From a virus (Duplodnaviria > Caudoviricetes): 64,000 nucleotides of DNA. The translations under genes and the position numbers were made by a program. The notes under the pieces were generated by a model. It made no database searches. It saw nothing but the letters and a program-made list of their open reading frames with translations, and was not told the origin of the DNA. This document shows positions 38,513 to 47,937 of the stretch, piece after piece. Within the stretch, counting starts at the first letter, position 1, and the number at the start of each line of letters is the position of its first letter. Location: positions 28,559 to 92,558 of IMG/VR virus record IMGVR_UViG_2773857716_000001. One strand, 5' to 3'.

Positions 38513-38809
38513 TCAGCTGCCTTCGCCCTCGTCGGCGGCTGACTTCCGGCCCCGAGCCGGTCGGTTGGCCGCCGTCTTCTTGGCGGCCGGCTTGTCGTCC
38601 CCGTCGTCGTCGGGCGACGGTTCGGGCTTGCGCTGCTCCTCCGCGGCCGCCTTTGCCGCGGCGGCGGGGAGCTTGCCGTCCTCCCACGCGTCCGGGTTGG
38701 TGACCGCGGACTCGAGGTGCTCGGGCACTTCCTGGCCAGCGTCCAGCCGGACACTGACGCCTGCGCGTTCCGGGTCGGTGACGAACACCGTCTTCGCGAG
38801 CTTGGCCAT
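38513..38809 (-). CDS. small capsid-adjacent protein
   Basis: AGQEVPE...VTNPDAWE; follows the major capsid gene. Confidence 0.6.
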   Translation of the reverse strand: MAKLAKTVFVTDPERAGVSVRLDAGQEVPEHLESAVTNPDAWEDGKLPAAAAKAAAEEQRKPEPSPDDDGDDKPAAKKTAANRPARGRKSAADEGEGS

Positions 38810-38814
38810 GGCGA

Positions 38815-39861
38815 TCAGAGCACCGTTGCGGAGATGTGGATGTCGGGCACGTACAGGACGGGCATGCCGACGGCCGCGCCGCGGGTGTAGATCTGCACCG
38901 GGTTGTCGTCTACGTGGGTGACCACGACGATGCCGGGGGCTTCTTCGCGGGTCAGGGCGGGGTTGGTGCCGCTGGTGAACTGTGCGGCTTCACGGGTGCG
39001 GCCCCACTGGGTCTCGGCCCACTCTGCCGGGGACACGTCTGGGACGAGGATCCACTTGGTGTCGGGGATGACGCGCTTGTAGACGTCGTCGTCCCAGACC
39101 TGGACGTCGTACTCCACGATCGGAGGCAGGCCGTAGCGGGCGCGTACGGTGTCCACGTCGTTCGGCGCAAGCGTCGCTGTGGGAGTCGTCTCGGTCGAGT
39201 ACGACCCGTAGAACGCTGCTCGGTACTCGGCGTTGGAGGCAAGGATGCTGCGCGCGCGGCGCGAGGTCAGGACCATCTTCGGCGTGGGTGCACCGGAGTT
39301 GACGAGGTAGTCGATCCACGCGCGCTCGTCGGCGAGCGGGGTCGCGGAGGGCTGGTCCCACTTGACGGCCGCGGTCGGCATGTTCGCCGACGGCACGTTC
39401 CAGTTGATGTCCAGGCCGATGCCGGGCAGGTTCACGGTTCCGTTGGCCAGCAGCTGGCCGGCGGCGAGTTCCTGCGCGGTCTGGATCGATTCGACGTGCC
39501 GCTCGACGTCGCTGTAGAGCAGGTCGATGTAGCGGGCGGTGTCCTGCCCGGATCCGACGTCGAGGAGGATCTGGTCCATTTCGGAGACGGCGAGGGTCTG
39601 GCCGAGGGCGGGGAGCATGCCCTCGTTGACGACTCGCTCGGCCTGGCGCTGCGCCATGGCGGTCGGCGCGTCGTAGGCGCGGAACTTCGCGGCGTTGACG
39701 CGGCGCTTCATGGACTCGGCCTTGAAGCGGATGCCCTGGATCGTGCGCGGCGGCAGGACCTCTCGGGTCAGTCGGTACTTGGCGGGCGTGTCGAGCTGAC
39801 GCGCGAAAACGGTCAGGTCGGTGGCGCTGGTGTCCTGAAGAAGGAGCTCAAGGGCTTCCAT
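38815..39861 (-). CDS. major capsid protein (phage capsid E-like)
   Basis: 348 aa; AKFRAYDAPT, PLADERAW, AVGMPVL; synteny. Confidence 0.85.
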   Translation of the reverse strand: MEALELLLQDTSATDLTVFARQLDTPAKYRLTREVLPPRTIQGIRFKAESMKRRVNAAKFRAYDAPTAMAQRQAERVVNEGMLPALGQTLAVSEMDQILLDVGSGQDTARYIDLLYSDVERHVESIQTAQELAAGQLLANGTVNLPGIGLDINWNVPSANMPTAAVKWDQPSATPLADERAWIDYLVNSGAPTPKMVLTSRRARSILASNAEYRAAFYGSYSTETTPTATLAPNDVDTVRARYGLPPIVEYDVQVWDDDVYKRVIPDTKWILVPDVSPAEWAETQWGRTREAAQFTSGTNPALTREEAPGIVVVTHVDDNPVQIYTRGAAVGMPVLYVPDIHISATVL

Positions 39862-39876
39862 CGGACTCCTCCTTCT

Positions 39877-40620
39877 TTACCGGTAGTGGATGTTGACGCC
39901 GGGGGCGGTGGACGCGATGTTCGTCGGGTCCATGGGGACGGGGAGCTTGGCCGCGAAGATCTCGCCGCGCCACAGCAGGGCGCCCGCGGCCTTGGTGCTG
40001 CCGGGGTTGAAGAAGATGTGGTCGACGAGGAACCCGGCGAGGTTCTGGGTGCCGTCGGAGGCGGATGCGGCGCCGCCAGCGGTGTTGGTGGTGACGGCGA
40101 CGGCCGGGGAGGAACCGCCGGTGAACGAGCCCGAGGCGGTCATCTGGGAGACGTCGTCGGACAGGTACGCGCCCGCGAAGACCACCGTGTAGGGGCCGCC
40201 CGCGTTACCGGTGACAGTCACGTCGCCCGGGGCGATGTTCGACAGGGCCTCCAGCGCGGCCTGCACGGTCGCCGCGGTGGCGTTGTAGGCGATGGCGGAG
40301 GTGGTCTGCCCTGAGAACGCCAGCGTGAAGGTTCCGCCCGTGGGCGAGCCGCTGATGGTGACGGTCTGCGTCTCGGACGTCGGCCCCGAGTACGGGGCGT
40401 ACAGCCCGCTGGCCGTGACCTTGCCGAGCGGGATACCGGACTTCATGACATTGCGGCCCTGAAGGAACGGGCTGGTGGAGGCGGTGTAGTGGGTGCCCGA
40501 GCTGAACTTGGTCAGGTCGAGGGTGATGGTGTTGGTGTCCTGGACTCCTACCAGGGACGCGAGCCACGGCCGGTCGGCGGTGACACTGTCCGAGTAGGAG
40601 AGCGGCTGGAAGTCGTTCAC
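39877..40620 (-). CDS. head decoration protein with inserted Ser/Thr/Gly-rich beta domain
   Basis: KSGIPLGKVTASGLYAPY...DGTQNLAGFL interrupted by about 105 aa. Confidence 0.7.
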   Translation of the reverse strand: MNDFQPLSYSDSVTADRPWLASLVGVQDTNTITLDLTKFSSGTHYTASTSPFLQGRNVMKSGIPLGKVTASGLYAPYSGPTSETQTVTISGSPTGGTFTLAFSGQTTSAIAYNATAATVQAALEALSNIAPGDVTVTGNAGGPYTVVFAGAYLSDDVSQMTASGSFTGGSSPAVAVTTNTAGGAASASDGTQNLAGFLVDHIFFNPGSTKAAGALLWRGEIFAAKLPVPMDPTNIASTAPGVNIHYR

Positions 40621-40729
40621 GACTGCTCTCTCCTCGTGCGGTGACGGTGCTGCTGCGGCACCGGGTGGTGCGCGTCCACGAGGAGAGGGCGTGGTCCCGT
40701 TCGCCCGGCCGTGACCGGGAAGTGTGTGG

Positions 40730-41458
40730 TTAGGCGGTGTTCTTGAGGTGGCCGCGGATGCGGGCCATCTCGCGGCCGCGGTCGCCGGGCTTGCCGGTGG
40801 ACGCGGGCCGGGCCGGCGGTCCTCCGGCGGGTGCGCCGCCGGGGGCGGGTGGGAGGCTGGATGGTGCAGGCGCGGGCCGGACGCCGAACAGCTCCGGACG
40901 GCGTTCCTTCAGCTTGGCTGCTGCTTCCTGGACCGCGGTGTCGTCCGCGTCGTCCTCTACACGCAGTAGGGCTGCGGCGTCGTCGAGGTCGTCGCCGGTC
41001 GCGCCGAGCCCGGCGAGGACCGCGCGGCGGTTGGCGTTGCGTTCCCGGGCGATGGCGGCGGACTCGCGGGTGGCGAGTTCCTGCTCGCGTCGCTCCAGCT
41101 CGGCTCGGCGCTTCTCCTCCTCGGAGAGGGCATCCTGCTGGGCCTGACGTGCGGCTTCGATGAAGGCCTTGGCGTCGTCGGCGTTCTTGAAGCCGTTGGC
41201 GGCGGCGAAGTCCTCGAGGGCCTTGCGGGCGCCGGCCCGCTCTCCCTGGGACTTCTCCTTGGCGGCGAGGGCTGCGACCTCGTCTTGGGTGAAGATCTTC
41301 CCGGCGGGCGGGGCAGGCTTCGGGGCCTCGGCTGCGGCGGGCGGTGTGGGCGCGGGGTCGTCGCCGCCGTCGGCGTAGCAGATGGCGGGGTTCGGGGCGT
41401 AGGGGTGCGACCAGCCGGTGGTGGCCGGGTGCGGGTGGTGCAGCGCGGGGCGGCGCAT
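40730..41458 (-). CDS. capsid scaffolding protein
   Basis: FTQDEV, charged helical content, LKERRPELF. Confidence 0.75.
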   Translation of the reverse strand: MRRPALHHPHPATTGWSHPYAPNPAICYADGGDDPAPTPPAAAEAPKPAPPAGKIFTQDEVAALAAKEKSQGERAGARKALEDFAAANGFKNADDAKAFIEAARQAQQDALSEEEKRRAELERREQELATRESAAIARERNANRRAVLAGLGATGDDLDDAAALLRVEDDADDTAVQEAAAKLKERRPELFGVRPAPAPSSLPPAPGGAPAGGPPARPASTGKPGDRGREMARIRGHLKNTA

Positions 41459-41523
41459 GAGGGCAAGTCCTCCCACAGGAGAGTCGTCAGGCCCCGCGCC
41501 TGTGATCAGAGTAGGCGCATTCG

Positions 41524-43470
41524 TCACGGGGCATTCCCCCTGCTCTGCCCCTGCTTAGCGTTTCCGCTGGTCACATCGGTGGTGGTGTTCGGGTCGGTGG
41601 CTGCTTGCGCGTCAGGGGCGGCCTGGTCGGCGGGGGTTGCTGGGAGGACGACGGTGGGCGGTGTCGGGTCGGGGTTGAGGTCCAGGCCGAGGTAGTCGCC
41701 GACGGCGCCGCTGTCGCCGGTGGCGTCCGCGAGGGCCTTGGCCTGGTCGAACGAGCGGGACTGGATGCGTTCGATCTCCTGCGCGGCGTCTTCGATCGGG
41801 AAGCCCGCGTCCATCAGCATGCGGATCGCGGTCTCCAGGGAGAGGACTCCCGCGCCGACGCCGGTGCTGACCTGCTCGAGAACGGCCGCCTTGTCGGTGG
41901 GAGTGTAGGCGCCGAACGTGAGCTTGGCGGGCTGCGGCTGTATGCCGACCCAGTCGGGGTGCTGTCCGGCGAGGTACAGGCGCTGTACGAACTTGAGGAG
42001 CAGGGCGTACTTGTGGTCGCGGGCCAGGCGCATGGAGGAGACGAGCGCGTCGAGCGGGCCGAGGGACAGCTGGAGGGCGTAGCCGGACGGGACCTTAGAC
42101 GGGTCCATGGTGCCGAGGGCGACCGCGGGGAGGCGGGCGACGTTCGCGGTGCGGTCCTGGAGGTCGTGGGTGTGGTTGCGGAGCTCGGCGAGAGCCTTGG
42201 AGGTGTCGACGGCGACCATGCCGCCGCCCTCCCCCAGCGTCCACACCATGCCGGGGGCGACTTCCTGCGCGTTGCTGCCGGTGGCGGCCTTGCCCCAGAT
42301 GCCGACCATCGGGGAGCCGGTGGTGGCGGAGGCCCGGGAGGAGTCGGTGTCGGTGCCGGCGAGCTCGTCGAGGGTCTGGAGGACCTTGGCGAGCGACGAC
42401 TGGCCCCAGTGCTCCTCGGCTGGCGGCACCGTGTTGGGGAGGTGCACGACCGGCACGAAGTCAATCAAGAGGTCCAGGTGGTCGAGTACCTCGCCGTCGC
42501 CGCGAGTCGCGAACGTCGCCACGTCCAGGGGCAGGGAGTCGACGTCGCAGGGGCCCTTGATGTCGCCTAGGTTCCAGGTGGCGTCGGTGAGGTAGCAGGT
42601 GACGTAGCTGGGTTCGTCGTTCCAGGCGTACTGGCGGGAGATGGCGCCGCTGTCGGGGTTGAGGAAGTCGCCGCGGGTCAAAGGCGGCGGGGGCTCCTCC
42701 CCCTCGGCTGCTTCGTCGGGCAGGACGCCGGGGAGCGGGGCTCGCACGGCACGGCCGGCCTGGTCGACTCCGGAGCCGGTGGCGGGCCGGATCCAGTCCA
42801 GCTCGTAGGTGATGCGCCGGATCCTGGCTTTCAGGCCGCGCTTCGGGTCTTCGGGCAGCTCCCACGCGAAGTGCACGCGGGTGGGGTAGTCGCCGCCGTC
42901 GGCGTCCTCGCCGATGACGGGGAAGTAGAAGCCGGGGTCGTGGACGCGGACGGTGGGCCGGTTCTTGCCGCGGTCCCAGGCCAGCCGGTACACGCCGTCC
43001 CCCAACGAGACGGCCTTGCGTTCGGCCTGCTGGAGGCGCATCGGCAGCTGCTCGGCCTCGGCCCAGTCGCGCAGGAATTCCTGCACGCGGGCGGCCATCG
43101 CCGCTTCGGCATCCGCGTCGTCGTCGCCTTCGTGCTCGGCGCCGGGCACGGTGATGGTCTGCTCGCGGCCCAGGACGTGCGCCATGACGGTGTCGATGAG
43201 CATCGACGGGTCACCGAATTCGCGGCGGTCCCGGGCGTGGTGGTCTCCGCCGACGGCGGCGACCTCGGAGGCCTGGTTCTGGTCGTAGGCGGCGAGCAGC
43301 TTGTAGGCGGCGAGGCGGCGTTCGTCCTCGGCGGGCACCCACATGGCGTGCGCTTCGGGGAAGGCGCGGCGGTTCGGCATGCCCGCGGCGTCGCCGCTGT
43401 AGACCGGCTTGTAGTTCAGCCAGCTCCAGGCATGGATGACGACCTCGCGGGTTCGCCCAATCAGGCCCAC
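41524..43470 (-). CDS. portal protein
   Basis: Between terminase and scaffold; LGDGVY, PVVHLPN, SGYAL, EIERI. Confidence 0.8.
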   Translation of the reverse strand: MGLIGRTREVVIHAWSWLNYKPVYSGDAAGMPNRRAFPEAHAMWVPAEDERRLAAYKLLAAYDQNQASEVAAVGGDHHARDRREFGDPSMLIDTVMAHVLGREQTITVPGAEHEGDDDADAEAAMAARVQEFLRDWAEAEQLPMRLQQAERKAVSLGDGVYRLAWDRGKNRPTVRVHDPGFYFPVIGEDADGGDYPTRVHFAWELPEDPKRGLKARIRRITYELDWIRPATGSGVDQAGRAVRAPLPGVLPDEAAEGEEPPPPLTRGDFLNPDSGAISRQYAWNDEPSYVTCYLTDATWNLGDIKGPCDVDSLPLDVATFATRGDGEVLDHLDLLIDFVPVVHLPNTVPPAEEHWGQSSLAKVLQTLDELAGTDTDSSRASATTGSPMVGIWGKAATGSNAQEVAPGMVWTLGEGGGMVAVDTSKALAELRNHTHDLQDRTANVARLPAVALGTMDPSKVPSGYALQLSLGPLDALVSSMRLARDHKYALLLKFVQRLYLAGQHPDWVGIQPQPAKLTFGAYTPTDKAAVLEQVSTGVGAGVLSLETAIRMLMDAGFPIEDAAQEIERIQSRSFDQAKALADATGDSGAVGDYLGLDLNPDPTPPTVVLPATPADQAAPDAQAATDPNTTTDVTSGNAKQGQSRGNAP

Positions 43471-43769
43471 AGTGGTCTCCGTCCACGTCAGGCCCCGCGC
43501 CTATCGATCAGGGTACGGGCGGATCGTGTGGACGTTGCCCCGGTCGCGGTGGCGGAACGCTGAGTTGATCTGAAAGTGCCCTCACGGGGATAGGTTCACC
43601 CGTTTAGGTGACGGCCGTTCAGGGACGTTCGTCCGGTGCGCCGTTGATGGTCTGAGGGGGGTCTGTGGGGGGTTAGAGTGACGCCTGGCGGACTATCCGA
43701 CGTCCTTCGCTCCCCGCGCTCCCGGGACACGTGTCCGGGAGCACAAGGCCCCCGGCCAACCTATGGGAG

Positions 43770-43874
43770 ATGAGGATGCTCGGGGACGAACCACCGGACC
43801 GGGTGGAGTTGCTGACCCTGTACGTTGCGCTTTTCCAGCTGCTACTGGACATCGCGCAGGCTCTCAGCCCCTGA
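43770..43874 (+). CDS. 34-aa hydrophobic peptide
   Basis: MRMLGDEPPDRVELLTLYVALFQLLLDIAQALSP; followed by a hairpin at about 43939-43968. Confidence 0.4.
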   Translation: MRMLGDEPPDRVELLTLYVALFQLLLDIAQALSP

Positions 43875-44203
43875 TGACCCGGACCGGCGTCCGCACCAGC
43901 GGTGACCGGCCCACAGGCTGAGGCCACCGTCTCCATCGCTGAGGGCCTCGCTACCGCGGGGCCTTCAGTGTTTTCCACTCCAGCTACGCATGGATGGTTG
44001 TGCTGAGTTGGACTCCGTCACTGTAGCCCGCGAGACACGAGGTTTGTAATCGGGTCCGTAAGTACTGGCCCGGAAAGTGTCACTCGTGATTCTTTCCACT
44101 GTCTGTTAGTAATGCGGGAAACTCAATGTCTTGTCATATGCCTAAGGGATATTTTCAGCGCTTTGGAGCGGGGCGGACGGTCCCGGGCGGGCCTAGCAGA
44201 GTC

Positions 44204-45736
44204 TTAGCGGCGCCCTGAGAGTCGCCTGTCGGCGTACTGAGCTGTGCCGACGGCTGCTGCGACTTCGTTGGCGAGCTCGGTGATGACGTGTACGGCCGCG
44301 TCGAGGCGGTCTGGGGAGTCCATGCCGGGGAGCCAGGAGATGTACTGGATCTCCAGGCCGGGGAATTCGCCGACGTGGTGGACATGCCCGTTCTCGTAGA
44401 GCTGGGCGACTGGTTCGGCGCGGAGTCGTTTGCCGACCTTGGCGGTGACCTCGATGATCCGCGGCATCAGCAGGCCCTTGGTGCGGCCTTCGCGCTCGAG
44501 TTCTGCCCAGGCTTGGCGGATGATCTGGGCTGCCATGTCGCCGCCGAAGTTGGATTCGACGACGAAGGCGTCCGCGGTCAGGTCGATGGCGAGGAGGCAG
44601 GCGGCGCGGCCCCAGTCGGCTGCGCCCATCTTCCCGGAGCGGTCGGCGAGCAGGTACATCTCGCCTTCCTTGTCGCGGCCGGCGCCGATGAGGCCGACTT
44701 CATCGCTGTCTTCGCGGCCGCCGGCGGTGTCGATGCCGACGAGGGTGCGGGTGAGGTCGATGCCGCGGAAGGCTTGGGCGGTGATGCGGTTCTCGGTGAT
44801 CCAGGGCCACTGCCACACGCCGCCCTCGAGGGGGCGGGGTTGTTGTTGGTAGAGGGCCCACCAGCCTCGTTCGCCGACGTCTTTCTTGAAGCGGTCGAGG
44901 TGCTTGCGGCGGAATCGTTCGGGCCAGAGGGGTTCGCCGATTTTGCGGCCGAGGGGGTCGGTGTCGGTGAGGGCGAGGGCGGGGAGGTCGAGGACGGTCC
45001 AGCCTTCGGCGCCGCTTTGGAGGATGCGGCCGGCGAGGTCGTTCTCTGACCAGCGGGTCTGGATGACGACGATGGAGCCGTTGGGTTCCATGCGGGTGTT
45101 GATGACTTGCTGCCACCAGTCCCAGAGGTTGGCGAGCTTGACGGGGCTGTCGGCTTCTTTGGCGTCTTTCAGGGGGTCGTCGACTATTGCGACATTCGCG
45201 CCCATGCCGGTCAAAGATCCTCCGACGCCCGCGGTGACGAGCCCGCCCGGGGTGCCGGCCAGGTCGAAGCGGTTCGCGGCCATGGAGCCGTAGCGCAGCT
45301 CGATGCCCAGCTGCGGGCCGAACTCCTTGATGCCGTCGCGGATCCACCGTCCGTGCCCCTCGGCGAGCTTCGCGGCGTAGGAGGCGATCATCACGCGGTG
45401 ATCAGGGTGCCGGGCCAGATACCAGAGGGGAGCCCAGCGCGCGGCCCTGGCGCTCTTGCCGTGCCGTGGAGGCATGTTCAGCAGGACACGCATCCGCTCC
45501 CCGTTGGCGATGCGGACGAATGCCTTGTCGATGAGGTCCAGGTGCCGGGCCTGCCACTCCCGTCCGCCGGTGAGCACCGCGGCCATGGAGCCGGGCGACC
45601 GCTCGAGCGCCATCTTCTTTTCGGCCCAGGCGAGGACCTTGCGCATCTCGGGGTCGGCGGCCTGGACGACGGCGGCGCGCTCGTCGGCGGGGAGGGAGCG
45701 ATAGCGGTCAAGGGCGCGCTCGATCTGGCTGCTCAC
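44204..45736 (-). CDS. terminase large subunit
   Basis: MPPRHGKS Walker A, IVDDP Walker B, QTRW, GIDTA, SPDRLDA. Confidence 0.95.
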   Translation of the reverse strand: MSSQIERALDRYRSLPADERAAVVQAADPEMRKVLAWAEKKMALERSPGSMAAVLTGGREWQARHLDLIDKAFVRIANGERMRVLLNMPPRHGKSARAARWAPLWYLARHPDHRVMIASYAAKLAEGHGRWIRDGIKEFGPQLGIELRYGSMAANRFDLAGTPGGLVTAGVGGSLTGMGANVAIVDDPLKDAKEADSPVKLANLWDWWQQVINTRMEPNGSIVVIQTRWSENDLAGRILQSGAEGWTVLDLPALALTDTDPLGRKIGEPLWPERFRRKHLDRFKKDVGERGWWALYQQQPRPLEGGVWQWPWITENRITAQAFRGIDLTRTLVGIDTAGGREDSDEVGLIGAGRDKEGEMYLLADRSGKMGAADWGRAACLLAIDLTADAFVVESNFGGDMAAQIIRQAWAELEREGRTKGLLMPRIIEVTAKVGKRLRAEPVAQLYENGHVHHVGEFPGLEIQYISWLPGMDSPDRLDAAVHVITELANEVAAAVGTAQYADRRLSGRR

Positions 45737-46242
45737 TCCTTCCCGTCCTCCTCCTGTTCGCCGTCGTTCTCATCGGGGGTGGAGGTGGCGGTGTTGGTGG
45801 GGTTGTCGTGGTCGAGACGGCTGCTGGCGGAGATGAGCGTCATCAGCTCGTCGGGGCTGGCGCTGGACAGGGCGAGCGGGCCGCCGTCGGCTCCGGTGAT
45901 TTCTGCGCGGACGGGCTGGTCGAGACCGTTGAGGCGGCACAGCTTGTCGACCAGCTTGCTGGCCTGCTCGTTGGCGCGGACGTCACCGGCGAGGGCGTCG
46001 GGCCAGACCGCGGCGAGGAGTTCCTCGTAGCGGTCGGTCTGGAAGCGGCGCCACACGTCGGCCTCGGTCTTCTCTTCCTCGAGGTAGGAGCGGTAGGCGC
46101 GGGTGAAGTCCTTGGCGAGGGTGCCGCGGCTCAGGCCGAAGGACTTGGCGATGGAGTCCATGGACTCGCCGGCGCGGCGGCGTCGGAACATTTCGCGGCG
46201 CCGTTCGGAGACTTCGGCCATTTCGGATTTGCTGTGGGGCAT
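45733..46242 (-). CDS. terminase small subunit
   Basis: N-terminal HTH; EITGADGGPL; coupled to the large subunit. Confidence 0.8.
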   Translation of the reverse strand: MPHSKSEMAEVSERRREMFRRRRAGESMDSIAKSFGLSRGTLAKDFTRAYRSYLEEEKTEADVWRRFQTDRYEELLAAVWPDALAGDVRANEQASKLVDKLCRLNGLDQPVRAEITGADGGPLALSSASPDELMTLISASSRLDHDNPTNTATSTPDENDGEQEEDGKE

Positions 46243-46360
46243 GGCGGTCGGGGCTCCCGCTTGGTCGTGTCGGTGGTGCAGGCCCCGCGCCTAGTTGAAT
46301 CTTCCCCGGTTTCTGACGTTCCGTTCCCCCGTGCCCGGTGGCGGTGGGATCCTCCGCCGT

Positions 46361-46789
46361 ATGAGACGTGTGCGTGTGTCGGGTGTAGCGGTGGCTGCTG
46401 TGGCGGTGTTGGTGCTGGTCGGGGGCTGCTCGGGCGGAACGGGGGACGCAGGGGGTAAGGCATCGGCGGGCCCGTCGGCCGCGGCTTCGTCGTCGGCTGC
46501 GATGGGCGTGGACGAGGCGCTGTCCCGGTACCAGGAGGTGACCGCGCCGGGCTGCTCCGCGGAGGACTGCACGGACTTCATGGAGGCGAAGCTGGCGGCG
46601 GCGCGGGATCTGCGGCTGGCCCTGGTGGCGGAGGACAAGGCGCGGTTCGCGGAGCCGATCCGGGATCTGCGGCGGGGCGAGGAGGCGGCGGATCACTACG
46701 GGCGGGACAACCTCAACGCGCGGGGCAACTCCGCGGCGGTGAATGTGCCGATCCAGCATGCGGTTGCGTGGCTGCGTACGAACCGGTGA
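46361..46789 (+). CDS. lipoprotein
   Basis: MRRVR, hydrophobic stretch, LVGGC lipobox. Confidence 0.65.
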   Translation: MRRVRVSGVAVAAVAVLVLVGGCSGGTGDAGGKASAGPSAAASSSAAMGVDEALSRYQEVTAPGCSAEDCTDFMEAKLAAARDLRLALVAEDKARFAEPIRDLRRGEEAADHYGRDNLNARGNSAAVNVPIQHAVAWLRTNR

Positions 46790-47230
46790 GAGAGGGCGGC
46801 CCCGCCCTGAGGGACGGGGCCGCCGGCCGCGGCGGGGAGTGCGCTCCTGCCGGGCGGTGCGCCGCGGTCTGGGGGAACGACGGGCGCACGTTTGGGGGTG
46901 CACGGCCCGGTTCAACCCGGTTCCTCGGCGCGGGGACACTAAGGACAAGATGGATCCGGGCCGTGCACTGTTGATGGTGGGGCACGTCAGCGGGTTTGTC
47001 TGGCGTGCATTCCCCCGGGCTACTGGCCGAGGCCTCCGGGGCACGTCTCGCGGGATCCGTCGGGTTTCTGGTGGGTGGTGACGGGTTGGCCGGGCGGGCT
47101 GCCGACGATCTGCTGGCAGCTGGGGCAGGTCGCTTCGGTTAAGGCCGGGTCGATCCGCATGATGCCTCCAGGCATGCGAAAGGGTGCCGCCCCGTGCGGA
47201 GCGACACCCTGGACTACCCGGGGGCAGTGG

Positions 47231-47710
47231 TCAGAAAGCGTCTTGCAGGTCGAAGGCCCTGCTGCCCTTGCCCTGGCCGGGGCGGGCGGTGTGTACGAAT
47301 GGCATCCAGCCTTTGGCTTCGGAGTGGAATTCGATGCCGACGCCGGGGTGGACGGTGGGGGTTGCGTCGGCGGAGTAGGCGTAGGTGCGCTTGATCTCTG
47401 CGCTGCCGGAGTTGTTGAGGACGGCGGCGAGGTACGCCTCAGCGCTGGACGGGGTGATCTTCCCGTTCCGGAGGAGGTCGGGGACGGGCATTTCGGCGGG
47501 GGGTGCGTCGGTGACGGGGACCTCGGGCTGGCTGTGGTCGTCGCCGGGGCGGCCTCCTGTGATGGCGAGCCACAGTTCGGAGCCGGTGATGAAGGTGACG
47601 TGGACGCCGGCGGGCCGGGTCGTACCTTCCTGCCACGCCTCTGCGCGCTGGACCTCGGGGGCTTTGCCGAGGGCGTCGACGACGAATTCCATGAGGCGGT
47701 GCGGGCGCAT
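47231..47710 (-). CDS. hypothetical protein
   Basis: GAAGGA RBS and typical codon use. Confidence 0.6.
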   Translation of the reverse strand: MRPHRLMEFVVDALGKAPEVQRAEAWQEGTTRPAGVHVTFITGSELWLAITGGRPGDDHSQPEVPVTDAPPAEMPVPDLLRNGKITPSSAEAYLAAVLNNSGSAEIKRTYAYSADATPTVHPGVGIEFHSEAKGWMPFVHTARPGQGKGSRAFDLQDAF

Positions 47711-47937
47711 GGCGGGCGGTCCTTCCAGTGGGGAGCGTTTCAGTCTACGAGGCTGAAGCGGTGATCACTTGCGGGGTTGTGGGGCCTCGTAGTGGAGGCG
47801 GGCGGCGGCGAGGTGGCGGTGCAGGGGGCTGGTGGGGTCGGGGCCGAGGTGGGCGATGACGAGCCGCCCGCTGGGGGTGCGGGCGGTGTACGTCGCGGTG
47901 CGGTCCGGCGGGGCCGGGGTGGTGCTGGGCACAGGCG

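Noticed and set aside
46800-47200. Possible clt locus (TraB-binding 8-bp repeats) downstream of traB
   Set aside because: Only scattered CGGGT(T/C) words; no convincing regular 8-bp array by eye
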